A stretch of DNA of 61,730 nucleotides. Source: Salisapilia sapeloensis CBS 127946 (Eukaryota > Protista > Oomycota). The DNA is taken from contig JAADVB010000096.1 of assembly GCA_023334545.1 (NCBI GenBank), positions 1 through 61,730 on the forward strand, read 5' to 3'. Position 1 is the first letter of the stretch, and each line of letters opens with the position of its first letter. This document shows positions 45,063 to 55,739 of the stretch, in pieces. The position numbers and the translations under genes were made by a program. A model generated the notes under the pieces. The model searched no databases. It saw nothing but the letters and a program-made list of their open reading frames with translations, and was not told the DNA's origin.

Positions 45063-47393
45063 CTACAAGTTGGCTTCCACGTATGACGCAATCCGCTGCT
45101 CCATGTAGATCCGGTCTTCCAGTCGACGAGGCGAGTGGCGCTCGTTCGGGAACAGGAGCAAGTCGTAGTGCTTGCGGGCGGCGATCAAGGCATTGATCAG
45201 GCGCGCCGTGTGGCGAAAGTGGACGTTCTCATCGATCAGGCCGTGGATGAGCAGCAGACGCTGCGAGTCCTGCATCAAGTGCACCGCTTGCATCACCGAC
45301 CCTTCCGCGTATCCTCTCGGATTCAACTCCGGCGTCGACATGTACCGCTCCGTATAGCACGAGTCGTAGCCGTCCCAATTAGTCACGGGCGCACCGGCAA
45401 TCGCGAGCTTGAACGTCTCCGGAGCCTTCATGAGGCAGATGGCAGCCATGTACCCCCCGTAGCTCCATCCGTAGATACCCACGCGAGCAGGGTCCGTTGT
45501 CCCTTCCTCTACGAGCTTTGCCACACCGTCCTGCTGGTCTCGCACCTCGACCGTCCCCATGCGCCTCTTGACAGCTCCTTCAAACGCCGATCCGCGACGG
45601 AAGCTGCCGCGATTGTCCACCTTGAGGACGACGTAGCCCAAGTCTCGGAAGCGCTGAGCTCGCATGTCGACCGTGACGCTCCACATCTCAGCCACGCGCT
45701 GGACGTGCGGTCCGCCGTAGACACTCACGAGCGTCGGGTAGGGTCCAGGCCCATGCACTTGGGCATCCGGACGGTAGACGGCGCCATAGAGCGTCTCCTT
45801 TCCGTCTCGCGTCTGGAAGGAGATCATGTCTGGCGGAGGGATCTTCCCTCGCGTCTGCAGATCTCTCGCTCGAGCCTCGACCTCTGTGTGGATATTGAGC
45901 GCCGTGGCGGCAGGGAAGAAGGATGTGCTGGCGCCTCGGATCTGGACGTCCGTCGGGACGGAGCAGAGCTTGGCAGACGGAGCCGTCGTCGTGTTGCTGT
46001 AGACGTCGACGAAGAGTTTGCAGGCGCCGTCCATGACGATCGTGTGCATGCCCTTGGCTTCCGTCAGACGAATGGGCTCGAATGTCTGCTGCGACGGGAA
46101 GAGGGCCGTCACGTACAAGTGTCTTTCGAGAGGAGAGTGCTTAGTGCCGCTAAAGTAGACTTTGCCGGCATGCAGGTCGATGCCATCAATCGATTCGACG
46201 CACCAGTCTCCTTCTGTAATCGGCCCCAGGAGCTTGGCTTCGCTCATACCAGGCGCGTACTCGTACAGATACAGATGCATGTAGCCAGATCTCTCGGATC
46301 CCCAGATGAAGCGGAAGGACGAGCGACTCTCGCCCTCGATGTTCCGGTAGAGGTACTGGGCGTTCACCCACACTGGGTGCGTCTCGTGCAAGAGCGTCGT
46401 GAACTTGCCGCTGGTCGTGTCAAAGCGGAGGAAAGAGATGTCGGTCTGGAGCCGATTGAGCTTCTGGACGCCCAGTGTCTGGTCCGGCAGCCAGTTGACG
46501 CGACTCACATAGTAGCTCTCGCTATCTTTCGCACTCGCGTCGCCAAAGTCCATCCACACAGGCTCCGCTCTCGCGCCAGAGCTCGTGTTGACATCCACGA
46601 CGCCGAGCTTCCGCTGCGGATTCGGTCCACCTGGGAAAGGGTACCGATGCACCTCCTCCGCGTTCTCGTCCATCGTGTCGTTGCCAGTGTGGAGGATGCG
46701 GAACTCTGGGATGCCGCGCTCGTCGATCTCTTCGAACGCGATCTTGCGACTGTCGGGAGACCACCAAAAGCCTCGGAAGCGCGTCAGCTCCTCCTGCGTC
46801 AAGAAGCACGCGAGGCCGTGGGAAAGCCCCGGCGTCTCCCTCGCTCCAAATGTCACTTGCCTCGCCGTCGGGAGTTCTCCGTCCGACCCGTGCCGACTCG
46901 ACATGACGTAGATCTCTCGGTCCTGGACGAACGCCACGTGGGCACCGTCGGGAGAAAACTGCGGATCGATCGCACCGCCGCTCGCGCCAGTGGACTGCTT
47001 GTCGAATAGCAAGTGGAGTGTCTCGCCCGGAGCCTCTTGTATGTACAAGTTCCCTTGGATCGGATACAGTATCCGATGCGAGTGCGGCGTCGGACTCCAG
47101 GCGTAGGACGTGATGCCGACGCCCATCTGCCGCTGGCGCTCTCGCCGGAGCTTTTCCTCGAGCGACAGGTTTCCCTCCGTATTCCCTTCGTCCGGCGGCA
47201 TGGCTAGGAGCTCGGTCCGCTTCGAGTTGAGATGCAAAGCGTACAAGTGTCTCGAGAGCGCATTGTCCTTGGAGTGGAGGAACGCCACGAGCTGCCCACT
47301 GGGGCTGAAGCTGACATTGGCAGGGTTGTTCATGCCCGGGGCCGGCATCGTCGCGACTTGTTCGAAGGCTACTCGCTGCTCGTCCGTGGGCAT
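45063..47393 (-). CDS. Dipeptidyl peptidase IV family (S9B, DPP8/9-like)
   Basis: TQEE, GFWWSPD, YPFPG, VYGGPHVQ, DNRGS, GWSYGGY nucleophile, HGLIDENVHF, FPNERHS; no signal peptide. Confidence 0.95.
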   Translation of the reverse strand: MPTDEQRVAFEQVATMPAPGMNNPANVSFSPSGQLVAFLHSKDNALSRHLYALHLNSKRTELLAMPPDEGNTEGNLSLEEKLRRERQRQMGVGITSYAWSPTPHSHRILYPIQGNLYIQEAPGETLHLLFDKQSTGASGGAIDPQFSPDGAHVAFVQDREIYVMSSRHGSDGELPTARQVTFGARETPGLSHGLACFLTQEELTRFRGFWWSPDSRKIAFEEIDERGIPEFRILHTGNDTMDENAEEVHRYPFPGGPNPQRKLGVVDVNTSSGARAEPVWMDFGDASAKDSESYYVSRVNWLPDQTLGVQKLNRLQTDISFLRFDTTSGKFTTLLHETHPVWVNAQYLYRNIEGESRSSFRFIWGSERSGYMHLYLYEYAPGMSEAKLLGPITEGDWCVESIDGIDLHAGKVYFSGTKHSPLERHLYVTALFPSQQTFEPIRLTEAKGMHTIVMDGACKLFVDVYSNTTTAPSAKLCSVPTDVQIRGASTSFFPAATALNIHTEVEARARDLQTRGKIPPPDMISFQTRDGKETLYGAVYRPDAQVHGPGPYPTLVSVYGGPHVQRVAEMWSVTVDMRAQRFRDLGYVVLKVDNRGSFRRGSAFEGAVKRRMGTVEVRDQQDGVAKLVEEGTTDPARVGIYGWSYGGYMAAICLMKAPETFKLAIAGAPVTNWDGYDSCYTERYMSTPELNPRGYAEGSVMQAVHLMQDSQRLLLIHGLIDENVHFRHTARLINALIAARKHYDLLLFPNERHSPRRLEDRIYMEQRIASYVEANL

Positions 47394-47589
47394 CGTCCTG
47401 GTCTCTCTTGTGCTGATATGAAGATGTCAATGCCAGACCCTGTCGGGGATTGGCGGAATTCCGATTCAAGAAACATCATTGGTAGAAACCATGTTGAAGT
47501 TGCAGCCAAACACGAAGACCGATGGAAATCGTCTGTTTGTGAAAGAAAGAAAAGTAAAAGAAAAGTAAAAGAAATGACTTTTCTTGAGC

Positions 47590-48569
47590 TTACGTCGGTC
47601 GGGCACGGAGCTCGGCGATCCGCTGCTGGATGCGCTCCTCCTGCGCCCTCTTCGCCTCTGCGATCGCGTCTCGAATGGCAGAAGAGTTAGTGCGTGTAGG
47701 AGCTGATGCACTCGGCTCGGACGCTCCACTGTCTTCTGACGCTCGCCTCGGCCTCTTCTCCGACGTCATCGTGTTGAGGAATTGGCTCGACCCGACAGCC
47801 TCACTCGACTCCACTACTTCGTACTCGTCTTCTCCAGTCGGACTAGACTCGACGTCTGATAGAGGTGGTTCATCCGGACTAGTCAGAGGCTCCGGAGTCT
47901 CTTCTGGAGACTCTCGAGTCGAATTGGCGTTCGAGAAGAAGGCATGCTCCTCCTCTTCGCCTGCCACCTCCTCCGTGGCCGCTGGTGTTTTGAAAGACAG
48001 GTTGTTATACTTTTCATGCAGCCTGCTGAACAAGAGCTCTTCGTTGCCTTCATACTTTTTCAAAAGACCATCCACTCGATCGAGCTTGGACGGATTGTGC
48101 TTGCTGTAAAAGTGGATCAGTCGCTCTCTACTCCAGAGCTTAAGTACATGACAAGCTAGATACAACAAAGCATAGTCTACCTGGTCTTCTTCTTCTCTTC
48201 CAGCTCGTCGGCACTGCTAGAGAAGAGCACGAGCGCCCCGAGAAGCACAAACGACGCAGTCGCTCCGAGCTGCCACACATCCTTCTCGGTATCCAAGTCG
48301 ATCGAGTCGATAGATAGCACCTGATAAGGATACAGACACAGAGCCCAAAAGATGACTTGCATCGAGAGCAAAATCATGACGAGCCGAAAGCGATCTGAAA
48401 AGATGAGTGCCGACGAGTACGCTACGAGCGACACCAACAGCCTCAAGACATTGGCCTGTACGTCCGAAGCTCCGACCCGAGCATATTCCATCGCGTCATC
48501 CGGATACGTAAAGACGTAGGCTCCAACGGCCAGTAGCGCGACCTTGGTCGGCAGGAGAAGCGTACTCAT
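47590..48569 (-). CDS. Membrane protein (several TM helices) with a small helical domain and charged tail; 2 exons
   Basis: The hydrophobic 48177-48569 ORF splices (CAG|GTAGAC...GTAG|) in frame into RERLIHFYSKHNPSKLDRVDGLLKKYEGNEELLFSRLHEKY. Confidence 0.65.
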
Positions 48570-48660
48570 CTCTTTTCGTCTGTTCCGTCGTCGCCAGTAT
48601 ACTCAGATCAAGTCAACTGGATACGCGAAAGAAAGAAAGAGCAAATGCATTTCATAGGAA

Positions 48661-50202
48661 TTAGACATGGTAGATCTTGACGACCTCCCGCACGCTCTCG
48701 CGACACACGGGGCACAGGCGACTCGAGCTCATAATCTCGCCTGCGCAGTCCATGCAAATGGCATTGTGCCCACATGGGACACACACGCCGCTCTGCGGAT
48801 TGTCAAAGCAGATAATGCACTCGCCAGCACCGTCGCCATCGCCGCTGCTTTCCTCCGACGGAGGAGGAGGCATCGACTGCGACATGGCAGCGCCACTCGT
48901 CTGCTCAGACGTAGGGAAGAGTGTGTCTGCCTGGATGTCGGCGGGTGCAGGAGGCGCAGACGCCTCTACTTGGGCAGTCGGCAGCGGCTCCTGCGACCAC
49001 TGCTGACTCCCGCGCTCTGCCTCTTGCATCGAGAGCTGGATGGCGCGTTCCATGTCTCTCTCTTCCTGCTCGGACATGCAACTCTGGTTTGTATTATTCG
49101 ATCTAGTGCTAGCAGGCTGCGCACTCGGAGCCGGGCGAGAAGCTCCAGAGCTCAGCTGAGAGAAGAAAGTCGTCCAGGACGTGAGTGCGCCTTCATTCGC
49201 GGCTGCGAACTCAAACGTTTGCGGCGTAGACGTGTGTCGAAAGCCAGACTTGGTGTGCGCTCGGAGGGAGAAGCGAAAATCTCGCCTGTCGAACCACGTA
49301 TTCCGGCCACCGCCGCCCATGCCATCGGACGCTCGGTACATGAGCTCCATCCTGTTTGCCCCGTTAGTGCTAGAATAGATTGAAGGACAGAGTAGACGTA
49401 CGTAGGACAGGGAGGTCGGCGTTCTCCCGGCGCCATGGGGAAGAGGTCGATCTCGACGATCGAAGGGTCTGCCGTCCGCAGCACTAAGCAGTATCTAGAC
49501 CCCTCTCCTTGAGCACACGTGACAGATAGATAGATAGATGCATCTCCTTACCTCTGTTTCCAGGATCGGAGGCCACTCAGCATCGATGCCGAGGACAGAA
49601 TGTTATCCGTTTGCTGGTAGAGCCACCCAGAGTAGACGCACAGTCGCTACGTTCCTTCTAAGCACCGTCTTTCTACTTTTATATGATTGTACGACATACC
49701 TCTTCGATGACTTGGACGCAGCCCAAGAGTCCTTGTCCGCTCTCGGACAGTCGAAACTCCTTTCGCGCCAGATCCAACGCCGTGAGCTGATTCATCTGCG
49801 TCGTAGCGAACGGGTGGACGCGTGGACAGTCTAGCAAGGCACGAAGAGCGTCCGGCCGGCCTTTCTTGGCAGCGAGATGCAGCGGCGTCATGCCGTTCGG
49901 GTCTCTCACCTCCGCGTCTGCACCGGCCTGTAGCAGCTCATTGACGCACTGCGCGTAGCCTCCAGCCGCAGCCACGGCTAGCGGTGTGTGTCCTAGCACT
50001 GGATCCTACAACAGAGCTAAGTATGCGTCTCTCGGCCAAATCAGGACGATCGTACCCTCCACTCGAGATACCTTCTCGTCCTAGCATCGAGGTGGTTGAG
50101 AGCTGCACGCAGAGCGTGTATGTCTCCGCTCTTGGCAGCCATCCACACGCGCTGCTCTTCCGGACATAGAGCGCCGGATAACCAACTCGAAGCATTGCCC
50201 AT
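48661..50202 (-). CDS. Ankyrin-repeat / PH-like / UIM / RING E3 ubiquitin ligase; multi-exon
   Basis: MGNASS start; ankyrins GHTPLAVAA and GMTPLHLAA; SGWLYQ...WKQR and FEFAAANEGALTSW (PH-like); DMERAIQLSM; C3HC4 CIICFD..CVPCGHNAICMDC..CPVCR. Confidence 0.85.
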
Positions 50203-50295
50203 TCCTTCTCTCCTTGTCTTCTCTTCTCTCCTGGTCGACGGATTGTTCGAAAAGCTCTTTCTAAACGTTTTTCGAAACAATCCCGACCTCTCTCG

Positions 50296-51420
50296 ATGGA
50301 CCTCGCGAGACTCCGACAGGTGTGGAGCCACAAGAAGCTAGAGGCGTCTTGGAAGACACATGCCTCTTGCTTCGTACCTCTACCACACTCTTCTACGCAT
50401 CAACCAAGTGGAGGAGTCTCTACGACGACAGCGTCTGCCTCGCTCGATATGTTATTAATGCTCTGTCGGAGGTATGCAGGACATATCCTCGTTCGAGGCA
50501 AGCTGCGGAATCGAGAGGAACTCGTGGTAGCTCACATGATGCACGACACACTAGCGCCGATTGTACATGTCGCCAATATCCACTTTGTCGTCCACTGCCG
50601 AGGAGCGACTGCCAAGATGGTTGGACAGAACCTCGTCCTGCGCATATCTTGTCCAGACGAGAGTGGGGTGCCTACGTCATGGCCCAACGACTCATATCCG
50701 CTAGCACAAGTAGAGACTGAAGAGTGCAATCCAGACGATAGCAAGTGGCACCATGCCTCCGCAATCTCCGACCTCGACTCGATCTGGGGTTTCCACATCC
50801 AGAGCACCATCGACACGCTCTCCAAAGACTCTTCTCCAGCCAATCTAGTTCTTGCCAAGGCACCTGGCTTTGGAGATCTAGAGGTGAGGCAGAAACTACT
50901 AGAGCACTTTGGCATCCCCACCCATGCTGTCCAGTCCCTCGTCCTGCCTCGAGACGTTGCCCGAGGTCCGTCCGGCGTATGTGAAAAGGTATCTAGCTAC
51001 AGCTCTTGTAGATGTCCATAGCTTCCTTATCAACAGTGGGAATAGTGCGGTAGGATCGGACACCTAGCGGATGAATGCAAGATGCCAACGCGTCGTCACA
51101 AAGAGCCTGTCGCTAGTAGCTCTATCGCTCCAGCACGCAACATCCAGCTACCGCGTCCGGCTCGACCGTCAGCAGCGACCAGGTTCCATCCTCCCATCTC
51201 CACATCGACCCGGCCTCCAGTCCAGCCAGCAGTGGATAGACAGCCTCCAGCCCAACAGCCAGTAAAGAGAGACCGAAGCGCATCCGTATCCTCTCATCGA
51301 AAGAGACGTCGTAGATCGACCTCGAGCGAAGATGAGAGACGCAGCAAGTCGCGTCGGAAGAAACACAAGAAGAAGCGTAAGAAGAAGAAGCACCGACACT
51401 CCCGAAGCCCATCCACCTAA
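50296..51420 (+). CDS. Hypothetical protein, possibly with an Arg/Lys/Ser-rich 3' exon
   Basis: 241-aa ORF ending near a GT donor; downstream ORF 51082-51420 has an RS/K-rich tail. The junction is unresolved. Confidence 0.5.
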
Positions 51421-51481
51421 TCAAACATGTTTCTACCTTTTATATCCCAGGCTTCCTATACACCACTCCTATCGTGTCATG

Positions 51482-52450
51482 TCATCCAGACGCTACCTTT
51501 GCTTTACCTAGATCCTCCGGTCGCAGCTTTGCTCCCTGCAGAAGCAAATACTCTACATCGCCACACTCGAGCGCACAGTTATCTCGCTCCAGTCGCTCGC
51601 AGTTCCGTAGATCCAGCCATTGCAGCTCTCTTGCTTTTACGTCGAGGTCCGTGAGACTCTGGAGGAAAGACAGATCTACATGTCGTAATGTGTCTCGAGC
51701 ATCAAGTCGAACGTGTGTCGTGTGACTGCACATGGAAAAGTTGGCTAGAACGAGAGACGCAGATATCACGTGCACATAACGTAGCTTTAGACATCCCTCC
51801 ATCCTCAACACTTGTAGAAAAGGTAGCTCTTCTCCCTGTATCTCTAGGACCTGTACTTCGGAGCAACGCAAGAGATGCAGCTCCTTTAGTCTAGTCGACT
51901 GGAGCTGATGCATCAACCTCCTCGTCGCTTCAGTGGAAAGCAGGCGAGACGATAGCGTCAGCTCCTCCAGCTCTGGCCACTCTGTGCCGTCACCTATCTC
52001 GTTCAAGACGCAGTGCTTGATGCTAACACTTCGCAGCTTCCGTCCGATGATCGTCGGAGCACTCACCTGATAACACTCGTGGATACTCAAATGCTCGAGC
52101 TGAGGACTCGCCCGAGTCAGAATGTGAATGTGGTCGTCCTGGAGATGCAGCACTTGCGTCATGTGAACCCATGTCAAGCGATGCCAACGAGGTAGAGCGC
52201 TCGATAGCGCCTCTCGTAGCTCCGTCGCATCCACCAAGCTCAAGACGTTCATCACGCTCAGACGCTGGACGAAAGGAAACGCCTTGGCGAGATCATACAA
52301 GGCTACTAACTGACTGCTCGTGGTTAAATGCAGCTCTCGTGTGTACTCCTCCGATGCATGCTTGCAACTCGAACTCACTTGTCGAAGTACCCATAGCGCT
52401 TCGAGTGTCAGATATGGCACCACAAGTGATAGAACATGCTCATCCTCCAT
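51482..52450 (-). CDS. F-box/leucine-rich repeat protein
   Basis: N-terminal VLSLVVPYLTLEALWVLRQVSSSC (F-box-like), then LxxLxLxxC repeats. Confidence 0.75.
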   Translation of the reverse strand: MEDEHVLSLVVPYLTLEALWVLRQVSSSCKHASEEYTRELHLTTSSQLVALYDLAKAFPFVQRLSVMNVLSLVDATELREALSSALPRWHRLTWVHMTQVLHLQDDHIHILTRASPQLEHLSIHECYQVSAPTIIGRKLRSVSIKHCVLNEIGDGTEWPELEELTLSSRLLSTEATRRLMHQLQSTRLKELHLLRCSEVQVLEIQGEELPFLQVLRMEGCLKLRYVHVISASLVLANFSMCSHTTHVRLDARDTLRHVDLSFLQSLTDLDVKARELQWLDLRNCERLERDNCALECGDVEYLLLQGAKLRPEDLGKAKVASG

Positions 52451-52625
52451 ATCTGTCTAATAAATATAACTCTAGTATCAAGTAGAGGTACGAAGTAGAC
52501 ACAGTCGGCTGATAGACAAAGCTCCCCAAAGGACCGAGTCGCTAGTATACGAGTACCGTGTCTCTGCTCTGTATACAAATTCCAAGTGAATTGACTGGTG
52601 ACAGCGATCCCATCACTCGAGCCAC

Positions 52626-53439
52626 ATGGACTCGGACGACGAGATGCCTGCGCTGTCGGGGTCGACACTGGCCGCACTTCAGGAGTTTGCGCTCGAGAGA
52701 GGCATTGCAGTAGACTCGGAAGAAAAGGATTTCTGCAAAGGCATCCAGAAAGCTCTAGACACGGAGCCAAGAGAGGAGGCATTCTCCTTCGCGTTTGGTC
52801 CGGATAAGACCAACCCGGAGATCGAGATCAAGCTCAAGGGACTCCGAAGAGACATTGGACAGACGCTGCAGAGCACCGGGCTAACGCTATGGCGAGCTGG
52901 CGACTTCTTAAGTGACTACATGTACGAGAACCGGAGCATGTTCCAGGACAAGAGTGTCTTGGAGCTCGGCAGTGGACTCGGACTGTGTGGTATCCTGGCG
53001 TCCTACCTTACGACAAAGCAAGTCCTCATCACGGTATGTATCTGTCTTCTTCGTATGCGTAAGTCGGATGCTCATGTATGCTCAGGACGGAGATGACGAC
53101 ACGGTGGAACTGCTGGAAGACAACTGTCGGATGAACAGCGTCAAGAGTCATACAAAGTGCCAGAAACTGCTGTGGGGTGAAGACCTCGATTCGAACTCGA
53201 CAACATTCGACATCATCTTAGGTGCCGACATCATCTACGAACAAGAGTTCGTCGAGCCGCTCTTCGCCACGGCTGCTCACTACCTCGGCCCCGACAGCAT
53301 CTTCCTCCTGGCCTTTACTCGCCGAAACGTCTTCATCGACTATGTACTAGACAAGGCAACCAAGGCAGGACTTGAGTGGACCGAACCAGGGACGGACGAA
53401 GGTATCTACGTCTTCCGGCTTCGAAAAGAGGCACAATAA
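52626..53439 (+). CDS. Family-16 (METTL21/EFM-like) protein lysine methyltransferase; 2 exons
   Basis: TGLTLWRAG, VLELGSGLGLCG, IT|DGDD, LLWG, ILGADIIY; one intron at ~53034-53085. Confidence 0.9.
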
Positions 53440-53489
53440 ACGATTCTTGATAGACACCATCGCTCTAGTAGAGGTACATTGTTTCGTTA

Positions 53490-54235
53490 TCACCGACCTC
53501 GGACGTCGTCTAGACTAGACTGGTACTCTTGCAGCACACGCACTTGCTTCGGGTGGAGATTGACATGCGGCCGCTTGCTCTTAACCAGTTGGAAAGCCTC
53601 TTCGTTCGTCATGCCTCGATGGCGCATGCAAAAGGCGATGACGACGACGGTGCTACGGCCACGACCGGCTTTGCAGTGCACGTACGTCGTTTCTTGACGA
53701 ACGTCTACATGCTCATGGACAAACTGGACGCACCTTGCGATCGTTTCAACGGTTGGAGGCGCAAAGTCTTCTGTCGATCCGAACAAGTGATCTACCTGCA
53801 CTTGCTTCCACTCCGAAGGTGTCACAGGGTTGTTCATGAGGTTGGGAAGAAGCTCAAAGCGCTCGTTCATCGACACGACAGCCTTCACGTGCCATTCGTC
53901 CACGAGCTACATCAAGAAAACAATCAGATTATAGAGTTCCATTTAGTTTGTTGGGAGTAGAAACGTGCCTGCTCCAAATGGTTCTTGTCTCGAAGTGGGA
54001 GCGCACCAAGGATCAAATGCTGCTCAATAGCACTCCACCAAGGTCGTGTGCGCTCGTTTGCAAGGCACAAGTTGTACAGAAGAGAGACGTGGAATACCTG
54101 CGAGTTTAAAAGTAGATTACTGCACATGGTCGTTGCATGTAGTGCAAGTCATCGTACGAGTCCCCGATTGCGCCCTTCCTCTCTGGTTTCCTCAGGTGCT
54201 CGAGACTCGGTCGCGTCTTTCTGTACACCCGCCAT
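53490..54235 (-). CDS. PTPMT1: Phosphatidylglycerophosphatase / dual-specificity phosphatase; 3 exons
   Basis: WWSAIEQHLILGALP, VVSMNERFE, TEDFAPP, YVHCKAGRGRS, VKSKRPHV; second intron 53907-53968 is GC-AG. Confidence 0.85.
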
Positions 54236-54431
54236 CTTGATACACCGTCTTCGGTCAATATTTTTCACGGAGCACAATGATAATAACTCGGTCGTCGGCG
54301 TCTGAATCTGTCAGCTACCGTCCGGAAAGGAGAAAAGAGCTACTCGCACATTCAGCACGTTGTCGCAGCAACCTTCGAAAGCCGAATACTTACACTGGAC
54401 ATTCTCAGTGGGCCGTATCGAAAAAATTATG

Positions 54432-54505
54432 TGCTCCTGGGGGGGTTCGAACCCTCGACCTGCGGCTCATAAGACCACCGCTCTAACCAACTGAGCTACA
54501 GGAGC
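54432..54505 (-). tRNA. tRNA-Ile(TAT), intronless
   Basis: GCTCCTGTAGCTCAGTTGGTTAGAGCGGTGGTCTTATGAGCCGCAGGTCGAGGGTTCGAACCCCCCCAGGAGCA forms a cloverleaf with anticodon loop CT-TAT-GA; T6 terminator downstream. Confidence 0.9.
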
Positions 54506-54659
54506 AATAACCCGCACAAGCGATATGTATAATACAACTGAAAAATATCGAATAGGTACTCAAGTACTACATCTACTTGATTAGACCGCTGTGGATTTCC
54601 ATACCGAAGGGGTTCAGGAAGATATGACAAACAATTTCCACATGTAATACGCATAAAGT

Positions 54660-55739
54660 TCAAGTTAATTTCTTATCAGAACGATATACGACAATGTCCA
54701 TGAACAGTCCAAAGAGGACCTGGATCACGACCAGTAGAGGCGATAAGAGGGCTTCGAGGAACGTGTTATGACGCTCGCCGGTCCCGTTCGCTATGGAGCG
54801 TAGCACATCCGTCAGGAATTCGTTGCTAATCGTGTAGCTGCCGTTCGAAATTCCTCGTATGAGGGACGCAGCCACCTTGTCCGGCTCAGCTATTGCGCTA
54901 GCACCTTCGATTAAGAGTGTTTCCTTTGGTTTGGTCTTGTTTTCTTTCTCATAGCCTTCCGTGTCCATGGTCCCAGGCATGAACAGGCTCACGCGAATGT
55001 TGTACAATTTCATCTCTTTCTGCAACGATTCGGCAAAACCTCGGAGCGGGTATTTGCCGCAAGCATACTGAACATACCCGATGAACGTCAGCATGGCTAG
55101 GACAGAGCTCACGAATATCACTCGGCCACCTTCGTTGCGCTCTACCATAGCTGGTAGTGCCGCTCGAGCTGTGTGCACGCTTCCCAGGTAGTTCACATTG
55201 ACCTGTTGGCGAAAAACCGATAGATCCTGCTCGATGAACATGCCGGGGACGGACAACCCAGCACAGCATACGACGTGGTCAGTAACTCGATCATGGAATC
55301 GATTGGCTTCGAGGACAGCGCTTTCCATCGACTCGTAGCTTGTTACATCATACGAGTGAGCGAACACCGCAAAATTGGACAGACTTTCTAGTTCAGTACG
55401 CGCAGTCTCTAGTACATCTTGACGACGTGCCACAATCGAAACTTTTGCTCCTGCCTTAGCATACTGCTTGGCAATCGCCAGACCGAGACCTGTGCTACCT
55501 CCTGTGCACGGGTTAGAATATACATTAGAATGTAATTATGCGAAGACGACGCACCAGTGATAAAGACATGCTTTTCCTCGACGTGAAAGCCCGGTGCAGT
55601 ACATTTGCGGCGCACAAAGCTCTGTCAGGAGAACGTTAGACGTACTAAGCAGTGAAGCTAAAGGAATATATACCACAGCTGCAGCGACAACGTATACACC
55701 GAGTACGATGGGAGCGATCCACCAGTGTTCACTTGCCAT
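54660..55739 (-). CDS. KDSR: 3-ketodihydrosphingosine reductase (SDR); 2 exons
   Basis: N-terminal TM; VFIT|GGSTGLGLAIAK, CCAG, VNYLGSV, VSS, YACGKYPLRG (YxxxK), PGTMDTEGYEKENKTKP. Confidence 0.9.

Noticed and set aside
45135-47009. Long antisense ORFs (624 aa here; also 41411-42568, 26695-27684, 11580-12353)
   Set aside because: These are shadows of GC3-rich sense genes, with no recognisable motifs.
504-55739. Frequent CTAG and TAG stop codons
   Set aside because: Largely explained by YAG splice acceptors and roughly balanced stop usage; not testable by eye.
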